Shown here in pieces: positions 36,325 to 49,277 of a stretch of 64,000 nt of DNA. The first letter of the stretch is position 1. Every line of letters begins with the position of its first letter. The DNA lies in the NCBI GenBank assembly GCA_965153285.1, contig OZ229121.1, one strand, 5' to 3'. The DNA is from Podarcis tiliguerta (taxonomy: Eukaryota). Both the position numbers and the translations under genes were made by a program. A model generated the notes under the pieces. It ran no database searches and was not told the DNA's origin. It saw nothing but the letters and a program-made list of their open reading frames with translations.

Positions 36325-36666
36325 GTAAGTAACTGTTTAGCAATTCACAGAAACATGCCTTTTTTGGTGGAGGTGAAATAACGTATCATAAGGCTGCAGT
36401 GCTATGCACACTTAGCTGGGAGTGATTCCTATGGAACCCATTGTAGACATGGCTAGGATTTTCCTGTGCACTTTACATGGAAAATAGTAATTGCCAAAAG
36501 TTTCAATAGCAAAACATTACTTTTCTGGTATGATTATAATTAGTACCTGGTTGTTGTTCTTTAGCAACGAGTAGGATAATTGAACACAAAGGGGATGGTA
36601 GGAGACTTCTTAATAAAAAAATTATGCACCATAATGCAAGAGGCTGTCTTCTGCAGAGTCAGACCA

Positions 36667-36978
36667 CGGGTGGCGCTGTGGGTTAAACCACTGAGCCTAG
36701 GACTTGCCGATCAGAAGGTCGGCGGTTCGAATCCCCGCAACGGGGTGAGCTCCCGTTGCTCCGTCCCAGCTCCTGCCAACCTAGCAGTTCAAAAGCACAT
36801 CAAAGTGCATGTAGATAAATAGGTACCACTGCTCTGGTTTCGCCAGAAGTGGCTTAGTCATGCTGACCACATGACCCGGAAGCTGTATGCCGGCTCCCTC
36901 GGCCAGTAAAGCGATATGAGCGCTGCAACCCCAGAGTCAGTCACGACTCGACCTAACGGTCAGGGGTCCCTTTACCTT
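36667..36978 (+). mobile_element. Sauria SINE flanked by a 95-bp direct repeat
   Basis: SINE body homologous to the other copies; flanks 36572-36666 and 36979-37073 differ at 5 positions. Confidence 0.92.
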
Positions 36979-37350
36979 TAGGATAATTGAACACAAAGGG
37001 AATGGTAAGAGACTTCTTAATAAAAAAATTATGTACCATAATGCAAGAAGCTGTCTTCTGCTGAGTCAGACCATTGGTTTATGTAGCCCAGTTCTCTCTA
37101 CTTTGACTGGCAGCAGTTATCTGGAATTTCAGAGCGGGTTCTCCCCAGCTATATTGGGAAATGCTGGGGATTGATCCTGAGCTGCTCTGTATGCACAGCT
37201 GATGCTGTCTACAATGAGCTATAGCCCACGGTAAACCCATGTTTATTGGCTGCCAGTTAATTTGTTTCACTTGAAGTGTTTAAATTTGATGCTCTTTGAG
37301 TAACAAAGCTAGGAAAAATGTAATTTTGGAATTTTCCTCTAATCGTCTAG

Positions 37351-37476
37351 GTTCTTGGCTCCCATTTGGAAGAAAGCGCAAGCTCTGTCGGCCGCGAGCA
37401 GGTTAACAAAGCCTACCAAGCCTATCGAGAGGCTTGTATTGAACGGGATAATCTGAAAAGTAAACTGGATAAAATG
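37351..37476 (+). CDS. AZI2: AZI2 coding exon 2
   Basis: tctag|...|gtacgt; 126 nt; VLGSHLEESASSVGREQVNKAYQAYREACIERDNLKSKLDKM. Confidence 0.96.
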
Positions 37477-37787
37477 GTACGTGCTTTGCAGTAGGTTAAA
37501 AGAAAGGTACTACGTGAGTGCGGTTTATAAAAGGAAATTGTGACTTTGGTGTTAGGTTTCTAGCCAGTTACGCCAGCATCGCAGGGGTTTGGACCAGAGA
37601 ACTCTCAGGGCCCCTTTCAGCTCTGCAGTTCTGTGATAGTAAGCTGGGTAGGGAGTTTGTGGCCCTCCAGATGTTAATATTGTTGTTTTTAAAGATGATG
37701 ATGTTGTTTTATTAAATTGGTATACCACCCTATACCTTGGGGTGGTTTCAACTTAAAATCACAATATAAAAACCCCCTACAAAATAA

Positions 37788-38019
37788 CAGTCGTACCTTG
37801 GATCCCGAACGCCTTGCGACTCAAACGTTTTGTTTCCCTATCGCCGCAAACCCGGAAGTGAGTGCTCCGGTTTGTGTACGTTCTTTGTAAGCTGAACATC
37901 CTCCGTGGCTTCAGCTTGAGTGCAGGAAGCTCCTGTAGCCAATTGGAAGTCACGCCTTGGTTTTCAGAAGTTGAACGGACTTCCGGAAGGGATTCCATTC
38001 AACGACCAAGGTATGGCTG
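37788..38019. mobile_element. Tigger-like MITE
   Basis: cagtcgtaccttgg...ccaaggtatggctg|TA; shares aacggacttccggaa with 501-1256. Confidence 0.75.
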
Positions 38020-38898
38020 TATATAATAAAAAAGACAACTCAATAATCCCCGCTTCCACAATAGCCCCACCCAGCATGGGCAGAAGTCAGGGATGATGGG
38101 AGTTGTAGCCCAACATCGGGAGAGTACCGGGTTTCCTCTAAGGTGTAAGAGACTCAAGCAGGCCAAATCACTCTTCCCTGCTTACTCTCCCTCTCTGATG
38201 TACTATTTTCTTTTCCAATTGACACTCAATTATCTCTGGTTACTGGAGGCCACTGAGCATGCTTGGTCCTTATAAAAAGTTTTCATTTTTCCTTTTCTTC
38301 ATTGGCAACCTTTTGGTTTTAATTTTTTGTGTGCGTGTTTTTACTTCTGCATTCTTCAGAAGTCACCCAGCTATTCTTGTGTCTCAGTCGTCTTTGAGTG
38401 GGCACATTTGGCTCCAACTCTGTCAACACTCAACCACCTGGGTTCACTATTAAAGGAAATGTTGCAGAAGTTTCAGATTACAGAATCCTTCCAGAGATGC
38501 AGTGTGCAGCCAGTGACAACTGGAGAAAAAACCCCATGTGGTGCAGAGAAGGCAGAGAACAGATAAAAGCAAAGAATAACAAACAAAGAAAAGGGGTGCT
38601 TAATTTGGAATACCTGCTAAGTAATTGAGCTCAGTTGGAGAGCCTTGCTTCATAGCAACAGGATCTGGTATTGTGCCTGAAGAAAAAGTGCTATTTTTCG
38701 TACTCTGAAAGGTTGCAGCATTTATATCTGATCTTGACTTCAGTGCTTTAGAAACCGAGTATCTGACAGCTTGGCTGATTCTTCAAGAAGTAGAGCTGGC
38801 TAGCATTTAGTTCTAAGAGTTAGGCATGTATGGATTTTATTATTGATTGGAAAGCTGGACAGACTAAATCCTGGCAATGTGTTCCTTCCCCGAACTAG

Positions 38899-38998
38899 AT
38901 GAAAGAGAACACCGAATCCCTGAAACATTTGAACGAGCAGTTGCAGTCCAAAGAAGTGGAGCTCCTGCAGCTCAGAACTGAAGTGGAAACTCAACAAG
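38899..38998 (+). CDS. AZI2: AZI2 coding exon 3
   Basis: actag|...|gtgccc; 100 nt, phase 0->1; MKENTESLKHLNEQLQSKEVELLQLRTEVETQQ. Confidence 0.95.
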
Positions 38999-39460
38999 GT
39001 GCCCCTTGTCTCTCAGAGTGTAAATTTATGTGCTTGACTACGAAGCTGTACCTCTGTATAAGAAGGCCTGCAGCCAGTATGCATACATTTATGCTAACAT
39101 GTTCAATTTGCATAAAGGAATATGATTACAGATCACTGTTCAGAAGCAAAACATTATGGTGTTCGTTCTCAGACAATTATGGTTTTGTGAGGGAGAGGAT
39201 GGGGCTGCATTTACTGCCCCTGCCTCCTTTTCTCTGTCAGTTTCATTTATGCGTTTTATTTTGAAAGATTTATAATCCACATTTTGAATGACATAGCTAA
39301 AAATACAAAGCTGAATACAGTGTAAAACGTTGTAAAATGTCTACTTATAACAGTTATAACATCAAAAGCCAGCACTAAATAGACAGTAAAACAGTAGAAA
39401 TAGAAAGCAGTCCGTAACATTGTAGGCCCCATTTATAATTACAAGAGCAACTTCATAATA

Positions 39461-39675
39461 CAGTGGTACCTCGGGTTAAGTTCCAGGGGTCCGTTCTTAA
39501 CCTGAAACTGTTCTTAACCTGAAGCACCACTTTAGCTAATGGGCGCTCCTGCTGCCGCCGTGCCGCCGGAGCACAATTTCTGTTCTCATCCTGAAGCAAA
39601 GTTCTTAACCCGAGGTACTATTTCTGGGTTAGTGGAGTCTGTAACCTGAAGCGTATGTAACCTGAGGTACCACTG
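39461..39675. mobile_element. Tigger/pogo-like MITE (copy of 27868-28125)
   Basis: TA|cagtggtacctcgggttaag...gaggtaccactg|TA. Confidence 0.92.
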
Positions 39676-39683
39676 TACTGTGA

Positions 39684-39903
39684 TAATAATTATATCCCGC
39701 CCATCTGTGTTTCCCCAGCCACTTGTGTGGCTCCCAACAGAATATTAGAAACATGATAAAACATCAAACATTAAAACCTTCCCTAAACAGGGCTCCCTTC
39801 AGATGTCTTCTAAAAGTCAGATAGCTGTTTATTTCCTTGACATCTGATGGGAGGGTGTTCCACAGGGCGGGCGCCACTACCGAGAAGGCGCTCTGTCTGG
39901 TTC
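39684..39903 (-). mobile_element. L2-like LINE 3' fragment
   Basis: Near-identical to 2030-2260. Confidence 0.7.
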
Positions 39904-41278
39904 ATAATCTTGGCTGTTAACTTTGCCAAGTAATGCATTGCTTCACAGTGCTGGGAAGGGTAGGGGTGTGTGCGTGCGCTTTTTTGGAATTCTGAGAAAC
40001 CCCAAAATAATAGTTTTAAAAAGTAAGTTGTTAAAATCAGTGCAGTTTTGGCAGATTCAGTCTGCCATCTTGATCCAGAATGACAGCCGGTTATAGCCAA
40101 ACATAGGTGAAAACTCTGATACTAGGAACAAGCATACAAAATTTGGTTGCAGTAGCTTGAGGAGTATCCAAATGCATAAAGAACAGACAAAAGGCATACA
40201 ACTTTTCAAATTATATAGTTGGAGTTTACTCTCTCTCTCTTTCTATATATATATTATATGTACACAGAGAGAGAAAGAGAGTTTTCTGCTGTAACAGACC
40301 CCAAGGTCTCCCTTTTCACAATGTATCTTGGTCTGCCAGGTTACCAAGGAGCAGGGTCTGTGTTGTTAGCCATATCAATCCTTTGGCATTACCTTCGGGT
40401 GTTACATTAGTATAGCAACACCCTTTGCATGCTCCAATTAGCATTGACAGTGTATTCTCATACAGGAAGTGTATGTGCATATCTGGGAATTCCCAGAAAT
40501 ACCTCCTGAGTTGACCTCTGGCAATGGGAAGAAACCTTTTCCTTTTGCTTTTATGTTTACATCAGCCCTGCACACAACTTGTTGATGTGGACCGATTATG
40601 CAAGGAGATGTTTGTGCCATAGGCACCATAGCAGCTGAAACATTGCAATGCAAGAATGTACTTCTGCCATACGTTTGCATTGATCTGACTGCCGCTTCTC
40701 GCACGCTGAAATCTTCCCTCCACATCTTACTACACCTTGTCAAAACTAACACCGCTTGCATAGGAAAAACAGTAAAGTGGTGCGCAACATCAAAATACAG
40801 CACAGGTGTAATAATAAAATTGGTCAAACCGTCAGTAAACATGACAAACGAACATTGTTTATTTTTTTTTAAGTCACATTCCAAAGCCCTTTCAGAAAAA
40901 TATGTTGTTTTGAAAAGTCTTGATTTTTACTCCCAGCCCTTCAATAAGTTCCCAGGGTGGCTTACAAAACATTAACATTATAGTAAAAACCAAACAGAAG
41001 CCATTAGTACAAGAACATAAAGTGCCAAAAATGTATTAGAGAGATTATAACCAAACACTAAGCAGCATAGGAGCTTGACTGCAGGATTAAAAAGCATGGT
41101 AAAATAAGATGCTTGCTTTGCGCCAAAATGATACTGAGGTATGTGCCAGGTGAGGCCACCTGGAAGAGCATTTCATGGTTGTGCCAGCACCATAACTTTG
41201 AATCCAACCACGCCATTCTTAATGTCTGATTATGTTCTGATTGAATGATAAGTGTGTTTTTTTCATATTTCTTTGCAG

Positions 41279-41427
41279 TGATGAAGAGTCTGAACTCTAC
41301 CCCATCTAGCTGGGAAATAGAAAAGCTGAATAATGCCCTAAAAGTGCACAGTTTGGAGCAGGATTTGGAGAAGCTGAGGGAAGAATGCAATGATCTTAGA
41401 AAAGAACTACAAAAATCTATTCAGAAG
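41279..41427 (+). CDS. AZI2: AZI2 coding exon 4
   Basis: ctttgcag|...|gtactg; 149 nt, phase 1->0; (V)MKSLNSTPSSWEIEKLNNALKVHSLEQDLEKLREECNDLRKELQKSIQK. Confidence 0.95.
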
Positions 41428-41644
41428 GTACTGGTGCGTTATGGCTTCTGTTGCGGAGACGGTGTGTGAAAATGTAAAATTTAATGTTGATGCCCTTCTG
41501 TTGTGGAAAACTAATTGTAATAAGGGTATTGGCCAGGGCTGAGGCAGTTTTTGTGAAGCGCACACCTAAAGGCTTTAAAAGAGTTGATGAGATTTTCAGC
41601 TTCGGGGAAAAGCTGACTTCTATGCCAAACTGCTTTTGAAGGTA

Positions 41645-41905
41645 CCGTATTTTTTTCTCTATAAGACTCACTTTTTCCCTCCTAAAAAGTAAGGGGAAAT
41701 GTGTGTGTGTCTTATGGAGCGAATGCAGGCTGCGCAGCTATCCCAGAAGCCAGAACAGCAAGAGGGATTGCTGCTTTCACTGCGCAGCGATCCCTCTTGC
41801 TGTTCTGGCTTCTGAGATTCAGAATATTTTTTTTTCTTGTTTTCCTCCTCCAAAAACTAGGTGCTTCTTGTGGTCTGGTGCATCTTAACAGAGCGAAAAA
41901 TACGG
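41645..41905. mobile_element. Tc1/mariner-type MITE with internal hairpin (copy of 24359-24618)
   Basis: TA|ccgtattttt...aaaaatacgg|TA. Confidence 0.88.
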
Positions 41906-42410
41906 TAGTCTTTTCAAAAGAGGTTTGCCATGTGATTGAGCAAGCCCTCAGTCACCCTCCCAGAGTTATTTGCTTTTGCAGAACTAATGGTTTGTTCGTT
42001 TTTTTTTTAATTCTTGCCAGTTATCTGCCAAACGTGTTCATACAACTATAGTGTATTTTCTGCCTTAGTACTTAGTTATCTGCGTGAGGGGAATGCAATG
42101 AATATGCTACTCAGCTCTGTTTTGATGCTGATTTTTCTGGCCTCCTCATGCCTAGATAACTACACACATTAGGAGGTGCTACCTCAAGTTGCAGTCTCAA
42201 TTGGTTTTAAAGCCGCAAAAGATGAATTGCCAACAGCCTGGGAGGGATGGCAAATAGAATGTCATGGCCCTGTCTATCACATCAGTTTTGTTTGATGGCT
42301 AATCTGCGAATCTGCTGATTACATCTACCATTATTTTGGTTTAACATGACAACTTGGTTTAACATAAATGTCTCTCACATAACAGGAACCGGATTGCACA
42401 TTTCAAGAAG

Positions 42411-42428
42411 CTCCACTAGATGGAGCTA
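42411..42428 (+). promoter_or_regulatory. Candidate CTCF site
   Basis: ctCCACTAGATGGAGCta matches the CTCF core; motif evidence only. Confidence 0.5.
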
Positions 42429-43169
42429 AGCACAAGATGTTGGCTTGAATTCCCGTTAACTAGCCCTGCAGATAGCAAAACTGGCTCCTTTTCAATCCCA
42501 TTGCTTAAAATTTGCTGAACTGAGCATGTAATTTATGGCGCTTATTTGTGGGTTCTGCTGATTTGGGTGGGATTATTCATAAATAATCCTTTCTTCCAGT
42601 TGTTTCCCTGTAGAAGCTGATTGAAACGTAATTTCATTACTTGTGGGTTCTTGTCACACGGCCACGCTATTCTACTTCAGTAAACTCCCATCTGTAAGTG
42701 TAGTATGACTCAAGCAAGTTCACCCTATAATCGCTATGATTATATTGAAGCTAAGTGCAAGCACTATTGACAGCTAGGAAGTTCTGGTTTTTTAGAATGA
42801 AACTGCTGCTTCGAAGAAAATTCAGAATGGATAACTGCAGCTGTCACTAGCTTCTGAATAAGGATTTTTGCACATGTGATTAGCCTGTGTGAGTGATCCT
42901 TTTTTATGATAGTAATCAAATGAGCCCTACTCACATGTGACTCTGGTGGTGTAACTAACCTTGACAGGGTTAAGGACTAGAATTCTTCTTGCACCCCTGC
43001 ACACCAGACCTATTGAATATCAATCACAAATTGGAAGAGAAGTCAACATACATTACTTATCCCATTAAAAAGTACTTTTTAAAAATTCTGTTCACAGTAC
43101 TACTACAAATGCAGCTGCTCCATACATTTCTTTGATAACATTCCCTTTTCAATTCATTTCCTAATGATC

Positions 43170-43800
43170 CCTAGTATGGAATTTGCCTTTTTTTACATCT
43201 GCCACCCACTAGGTTGATGTCTTCCTCATGTTGTCTGCTTTGACATCCTCATTCCTAGTCAGTCACCACCAGTTCAGACCCGCCGGGTATATATGTGGAA
43301 TTAATATTTTTCTGTCCCAACCAGCATCACTTTATACTTCCTGCACTGAATTGCATTTCCCATTTCCCACCCATTTTCTAAATTTGTAGCAGTCCCTCTA
43401 AAATTCTTTTTGCTTTAACAACCCGGAACAATTTAATATCGTCAGGAAACCTGCCCATCTCACTGCTCCCTCTTGTTTATGAGCAACTTAAAAAGGCCAT
43501 GTCTGAATACTGATCCTTGGAGGGACTCCCCTTTCTAATTTCTTCGTTTGTAGATCTCCCCATTTATTTCTACTCTGTTTTCTGCAGCTTAACCAATTTG
43601 TGATCCACAAGAGGACCTCTCCTCTTACAAATCCTGGCTGAGCTACTTCATTGAATTATTTTTTTTTAATCAAGTACACTGTGTCAACCAGCTCACTGCT
43701 ATTTGTGTGCTCCTTGACCCTCTCAAAGAACCCTAATAGGTTCTTGAGAAATTACATGCCCTTGTAGAAGCCATGATAACTCAGATTCAGTAATACTTGT
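43170..43800 (-). mobile_element. Old CR1-like LINE fragment (approximate boundaries)
   Basis: Degenerate RT-region signatures on the minus strand (gggagtccctcccaaggatcagtattc; gtttcctgacgatattaaattg, F-x-D-D-like). Confidence 0.55.
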
Positions 43801-44243
43801 TCTTCTATATGCCTTATCATCATACTTCTAACATACGCTGGTAATATGTATTCCTTTTCGTTCTCTTCGTTCGGACCTCAGTTTTTTGAAGGGAGCTTTC
43901 TTGCCTCTAATAAGATGTTAACCAGAACTCTATTATCACAACAGCTTCTAGGTTGTCCAGGTTGTCCTCAAAAGTGCTTTTCAGGCTTGTTACAGCAGGA
44001 CTTTGAAGGTTCCAATACTCTACTTTGCCATGTTAATAAGTCCCATGCCGCTTGGCATCACTGTGGTGGAGGCAATGAAGTATCAGCACTTGGTTGATTC
44101 AAAAATATCATTGAAAGCCTACCTCACCACTGCCTGCTAAGCTTCCCAACTTTGCTTTTAAACCTTTCTTTTCCTTTTACTTCAAGCAAGGCAGACTTTT
44201 CCCATTCTTTTTTCAAAGCCAAATGTTTTGTTTCCCCCACCAG

Positions 44244-44308
44244 GTTGTATCCCAGGAAGGAATTTTAACAAATGGAGAGTGTATCCAACAGCAGATAAGC
44301 ATTCATAG
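44244..44308 (+). CDS. AZI2: AZI2 coding exon 5
   Basis: cccccaccag|...|gtatgt; 65 nt, phase 0->2; VVSQEGILTNGECIQQQISIH(S); phase fits both neighbours. Confidence 0.85.
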
Positions 44309-44479
44309 GTATGTAGATCCCATGAACTTGTTTTAACTTTATGGTAGGTTAGTCATCTCTGTGTTCGTTCTAAGTGAGATTACTTAAACCCAAAGAAGGC
44401 ACTACTTTGAAGACATGCTAAATCGGGAAAGATGTGAACAGAGTTAGGCATGCCCTAGTGACATCCAGGTAGAGCATGT

Positions 44480-44850
44480 TAAACTAGTTCATTGTGGAGC
44501 TGCCTTTGAAGAGTATTCAGAACTGACAGTTCACCCACTAGTCAAAAGCAGGGCAGGACTATCTGAAGCATGCTAACATGCATTTTGAGATAGCTTTATT
44601 GCCTTTTAGTTGATTTGGGCTGAATTCAAAGTGCAGATTTTGTCACTTTTTAAAGCCCCGAGCAGTCCGGGACCAGATAACCTTAGCATTGTATTCTCTC
44701 ATATGAGTCTACCCATTCACTCTATGGAGGTCTTGCTCTGTGTTCTCTTGACATCATAAGTACACTAGGCGATTATATGGAACAGGGGCCTTTTCAGTGG
44801 TGGCACCAAGGCTGTAAATTCTCTCCCCAATGAGGCTTGTGTCACTCTGA
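44480..44850 (+). mobile_element. Old L2-like fragment (approximate boundaries)
   Basis: Degenerate ttcaaagtgc...tttaaagccc and gggccttttcagtggtggcacc motifs typical of L2 3' regions. Confidence 0.5.
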
Positions 44851-45466
44851 TTCTGATAAGCCTGTAGATTAGGCATGTCCAAAATCTGTCTAAAAATGGT
44901 CAACAACTTTGGTTGGCCCTCATGCATGTTCACTTTATCAAATCCTTCCCTCTTTGAAAAAAGGTTGGGCACCCCTGTGTAGATGATGAGTGAAAAGAAT
45001 TACATTCCATATTTACAGTACACTAAGTGCTGTGCTTTCTCATTTTTCATTGGCTGCTGCTATGTTCTCTTTCATTGCATACTGAGAATTTTATTGATCA
45101 AAAGATGTGGAGTAGAAATCTTAAAATAAACAAGCAATCTGTGTTGATAAAATAAGTTGTTAATTGTGGGAAACCTATTCAGTTATGAGCAATGGACAGG
45201 GTGCAACTAAATAGTTTGTGCTGGTGCAAGGTTTAGCGTTAACACCGGAACAAATTTAGGTGATGTGCGGGGAGAAAATGTCCCATTGTGCAGGGAGAAA
45301 TCCGTGCGTTAATGGAATGTTTACCATAGCACTACATTGCATAAAACTCAACGGCTCAGATTTTGAAGGCAAATGATAAACCGGTTGCAGTATATCTGAT
45401 ACATGAGAATCTAACCAGTACACAGTTATATAGTGAATCACATTAATAGGATCCAAAAATCCTATT

Positions 45467-46289
45467 TGCAGCTGAAGGCACCTCCCTGAGGTTCCACCCC
45501 TAAGTGCTTGCAAGTTGAAGTCCTTTGCGTGGCGAGTTCCCGCCTCCCCCCGATGGAAATAAAGACACATGACACAAATATTTAGGTTAATGGGCAAAAA
45601 AGGGCCACAACTTTATCAGTTACAGGAATTGGTCCTAACCGACTATCCGGCTTCAGCCCGATTGCTTGAAGACCGGGAAGGGTTAACCACCAGTAGGGGG
45701 AGTCCTGCTGATGCACATCAACTAGGAACTCCCCCTGGGGTCACCGCTCGGGGGCGTGCCTTAGGCCCACACCTCCATAGGCTTCGGACAGGGCCACGCC
45801 CCAGGAATCCTTTACCGGACTACCCTTCAATATTTGGGTGAGGTGATGGCGTTTCCTCCCTCCCTTCATCTACATGACAATACCCCTACCAATACCTAAC
45901 CGCCAATGCCGAGGAAGTTGTGTTGATTTGCTACGAGTTAGGCAAAAAACCAAGTGGCTTGAGCCAATTTGCCAAGTGGGAAAAAATCCTACCAGGCCCC
46001 TTAACAGAGACCAACTGAAGTCCATAGCAAGGCCCCTTAACAGAGACCAACTGAAGTCCATAGCAAGGTCAAAAGGAAAACCTAAAGGGCGGGAGGGTGG
46101 GAAACCCGTTGAGCTGAGGTGGCAAAAGAGGGAGATCCCTGGCCGCACCAGTGTGATATCGCGCAAGGCCCCCCCCCCCCCCCGGCCAGCCGATTGGCTG
46201 GCCAAGGGATGACGTGGCCGGGGATCCCCTCAATCGTGCGGAGGCTGAGAGCCAGCCCCCGCGTACGTGGAGAGGGCGTGAAGGCCGCA
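45467..46289 (-). mobile_element. Probable solo LTR (ERV/Gypsy-like), CpG-rich, in an AZI2 intron
   Basis: Abrupt GC/CpG-rich block; inverted ends ttgcagc/gccgcaa (TG..CA); minus-strand CCAAT and polyA-like gataaagttgtggcc; exact 36-bp tandem duplication; no clear TSD. Confidence 0.6.
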
Positions 46290-49277
46290 ACTCCACCTCC
46301 TCTTGAGTTCTGGAGTGGTTTTGTGGTGCAACCTTCCTAAGCATTTGCTGGACTCTTCTTTGGTCCTCTTGCAACATCAGATCTAGCTTGATGTGAAACA
46401 TCTTCACAAATCTCAAGTTCAGGTGACTTATAAGAAAGAGTGGCTTTTCTCTAGCGCTTCCAGTCAACATTGAATGTGGATGAAACCAATCTTGAAGCAC
46501 GTTGGAAGAAATAATGCAGGCCTTGTGAAGTTAAGGGAATCCATCACATTGTCTCTACCATATTGCTAAATTGCCCTTTCTGTAAGACTTTATATGGTAA
46601 TGTATTACTTGAAGCTCTTATTTGGAATGCTGCACCGGGCTGTCTTGTTTTTCAGCAATTGCTTCTTGCCTAGCAACCCTCCATCACATTGTCTGGGTGG
46701 AAACTGCAAGAGAAACCTGTACAGCTGCAGAACAGAAATAACCTACAGGAGCAGTTGTCCTGGTGACAATTAGTATAGAGAGCACACAACCCAATCTGTG
46801 ACCACCTCTCTCTCTTCAAAGTGCCATTGATGTAGTTAAGCCTCTTCTAACCAAGCCCTACTTCTTCCTTTAAATATGGAGAAAAGAAGTAAAATTCTTA
46901 TTTCTGTTTTCAATCCTCAGAAATGCATTTTCCTTGTTTTCCACATGAGGGAGAAGTAGGACTTGGTTAGAAAAGGACATGATAGCTATTTCGTGGCTTG
47001 CATTGGAAAAAATGGAAGGAAAGGCATTTCATTGGGCCTCCACTATGTTAATAACCCATATGGTATATCCTTTATTTCTCTTAATGAGCTAGCCAGCTAA
47101 TGTTTTTGCTTCTCCAGAACAATGTTCAAATAGGTAATTTGCTAAGTGACACTTTTAGCCCTTCACTCTATTAAAATAAGTTGTGTGTTTTTTTTAAAGC
47201 ATCTCTCTGGTAACAGCCTGGTATGTAAATTAGCACATACAGACTTTTATGTTAAAAATCCAACTATTTTATGTAATTCACATCGACTGTGAAAACAAGT
47301 CCACAGCTCTTTTCACACCTAGAGGAAGTTCTTTGAAATGTTTCTTTCAGCAAGTACCCTTTGCTTTAATATGAATGTCAATATTCACTTACCTAATATT
47401 CTTGTGAAATATTTGTCACTTGTCAGTGACACAAGAGATTCTTTGAATACGAATTGTTGCTTATCGGCAGCTAAGCACTTCTGCAGATAGGGCTGGGCGA
47501 CTTTGTTGCCAACGGGAATTATTTTGACTAGAGTGATATAATTTGTGGTGGCAAATTCTTAATAATTACTTTTATTACAATGATGGTAGTCGTAAGCAAA
47601 AAAAACCATACTGCACATTAATATATCTCAGCTAAAGCACAACTGAGGAACACTGAATGACACTGCAATAGCTTTAAAGAAAAGCAACATATGAAAGCTT
47701 GAATCTTATGAGCTTCTGTTTGTTGGTGCAACTAAGAAATATTGGTATATACAGGATATAACACCTGACCACTCCTTATTACCTCTCTAGAAAGTTTTGT
47801 ATATCTTTCAGCTTGTTTGCAGTGTCAGGATTCCTGCTGCCCCCCCCCCCCGAAGTCTCAGGCCAAAATTCTGCACCTTCATTTTTCAGTTGTGATTTGG
47901 ATTCCGGGGTATAATATATCCACCCATACAAAGCACAGCAGCAGAACTCATTACGCTGCTCCTAGTATGGAGAGAACTGCCCTAATTGTTATAGTTCTTG
48001 TTGGTCAGTGAGTCTTAACTGAAAACTGTGGAGTAATTGAGAGTTTTAAGGGATACTGATACACACAGTTGGAACTCCAGTCCATCAGTGAGAGAAAAGA
48101 AGATTCAAGCTGTTTCCCTTGTGTGACAGCATCCTGCTTTTTAAAAGTCTTGCTTCAACAAAGAAATACAGGGTTAGCAGCTAAGTTAAGCTAGCAGTTG
48201 GGTGCACTGTTTGCTTAAACTGGTCATCAAACATTGCAACTCAGCGTGGTCTCTACTTGACTGTAAACTTGTGTATTTGCCTATTATTACGTGCTTCTTG
48301 ACTTATGTTCTATCATTTCTGGGTTGAAGGAGATACTTGTAATTACCTGAAATGCTGCTTCTCAAGAACTCTGTCCACATTGAGGGTGGCCGATCCATTA
48401 TCTTCCTAAACACTGGTGAAAGCAGTTTCCTATATTTATGGGGGAACTCTTTACCCACAGAGTGTGAGGGGGCGTCTGTCAGATGCAGTTCCCAGTGACG
48501 TGTTGAGTGGATATTTTCAGAGATGCAAATACTCTGTGGATGTTGACAGAAATATATGACCGGATCCACATGAGAAACAGAGTTCTTGCCTTTTTGTAAT
48601 ATTAGAAACAACTGAGTTGTTCTGTGGAGACTGATTTTTTTTGGGGGGGGGGGGTGGGATGTGTGCTGGGCAGTCTGAAGCAGAGCAGTGTTTTATCTAG
48701 AGTTCAGACTGTCATAGTCTGTACAAGAGCGACGTCTTGTGCTTGTAAGTACTCTGCCAGAAGCTACAAATTGCATTTTTCACAGAAACTAGGTGTTCTT
48801 CCATTTATGAATAAGGCTTTCTTTCTGCATGGGATTTGTAATGCTAAACACCACTTCAAAGTTAGGCGGTGATACAATGTTAGTCATACTTGGAGGGGAT
48901 CCATTGAAATCAGTGGATTTAAGTCATACTCTGAGTATGACTTGGTTAAATCTCATTCCGTTAATTACTTGTTGGGATGTATCCCTGCCCTGCAAAAGGA
49001 GTGCTTCTGTTTAGCCAGCCTGGAAATGGAGCAGTGTGTTGTTTGGACTTTTTTTTTAAGTGGGCGAGGAGAAATGACATTTTTCACCTCTCACCTTCTC
49101 TAGGACTCTCTTCTGCTGACCTATGTAGTTTCTGGTCCCAAACCTGAGTATTTTATTGTTGCACACCACCCCAATCTCCAAGCAGTATGAGATTCCGGGG
49201 GTTCCAGGTGCTTACTCCAGGTTCATGTTTCCTTTTCGAATGAGGCACTGCGGAGACTACGGTATCTTTTTGATATA

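Noticed and set aside
40438-40975. Overlapping 148-aa and 125-aa ORFs in an AZI2 intron
   Set aside because: No recognisable domain or splice context; compatible with chance.
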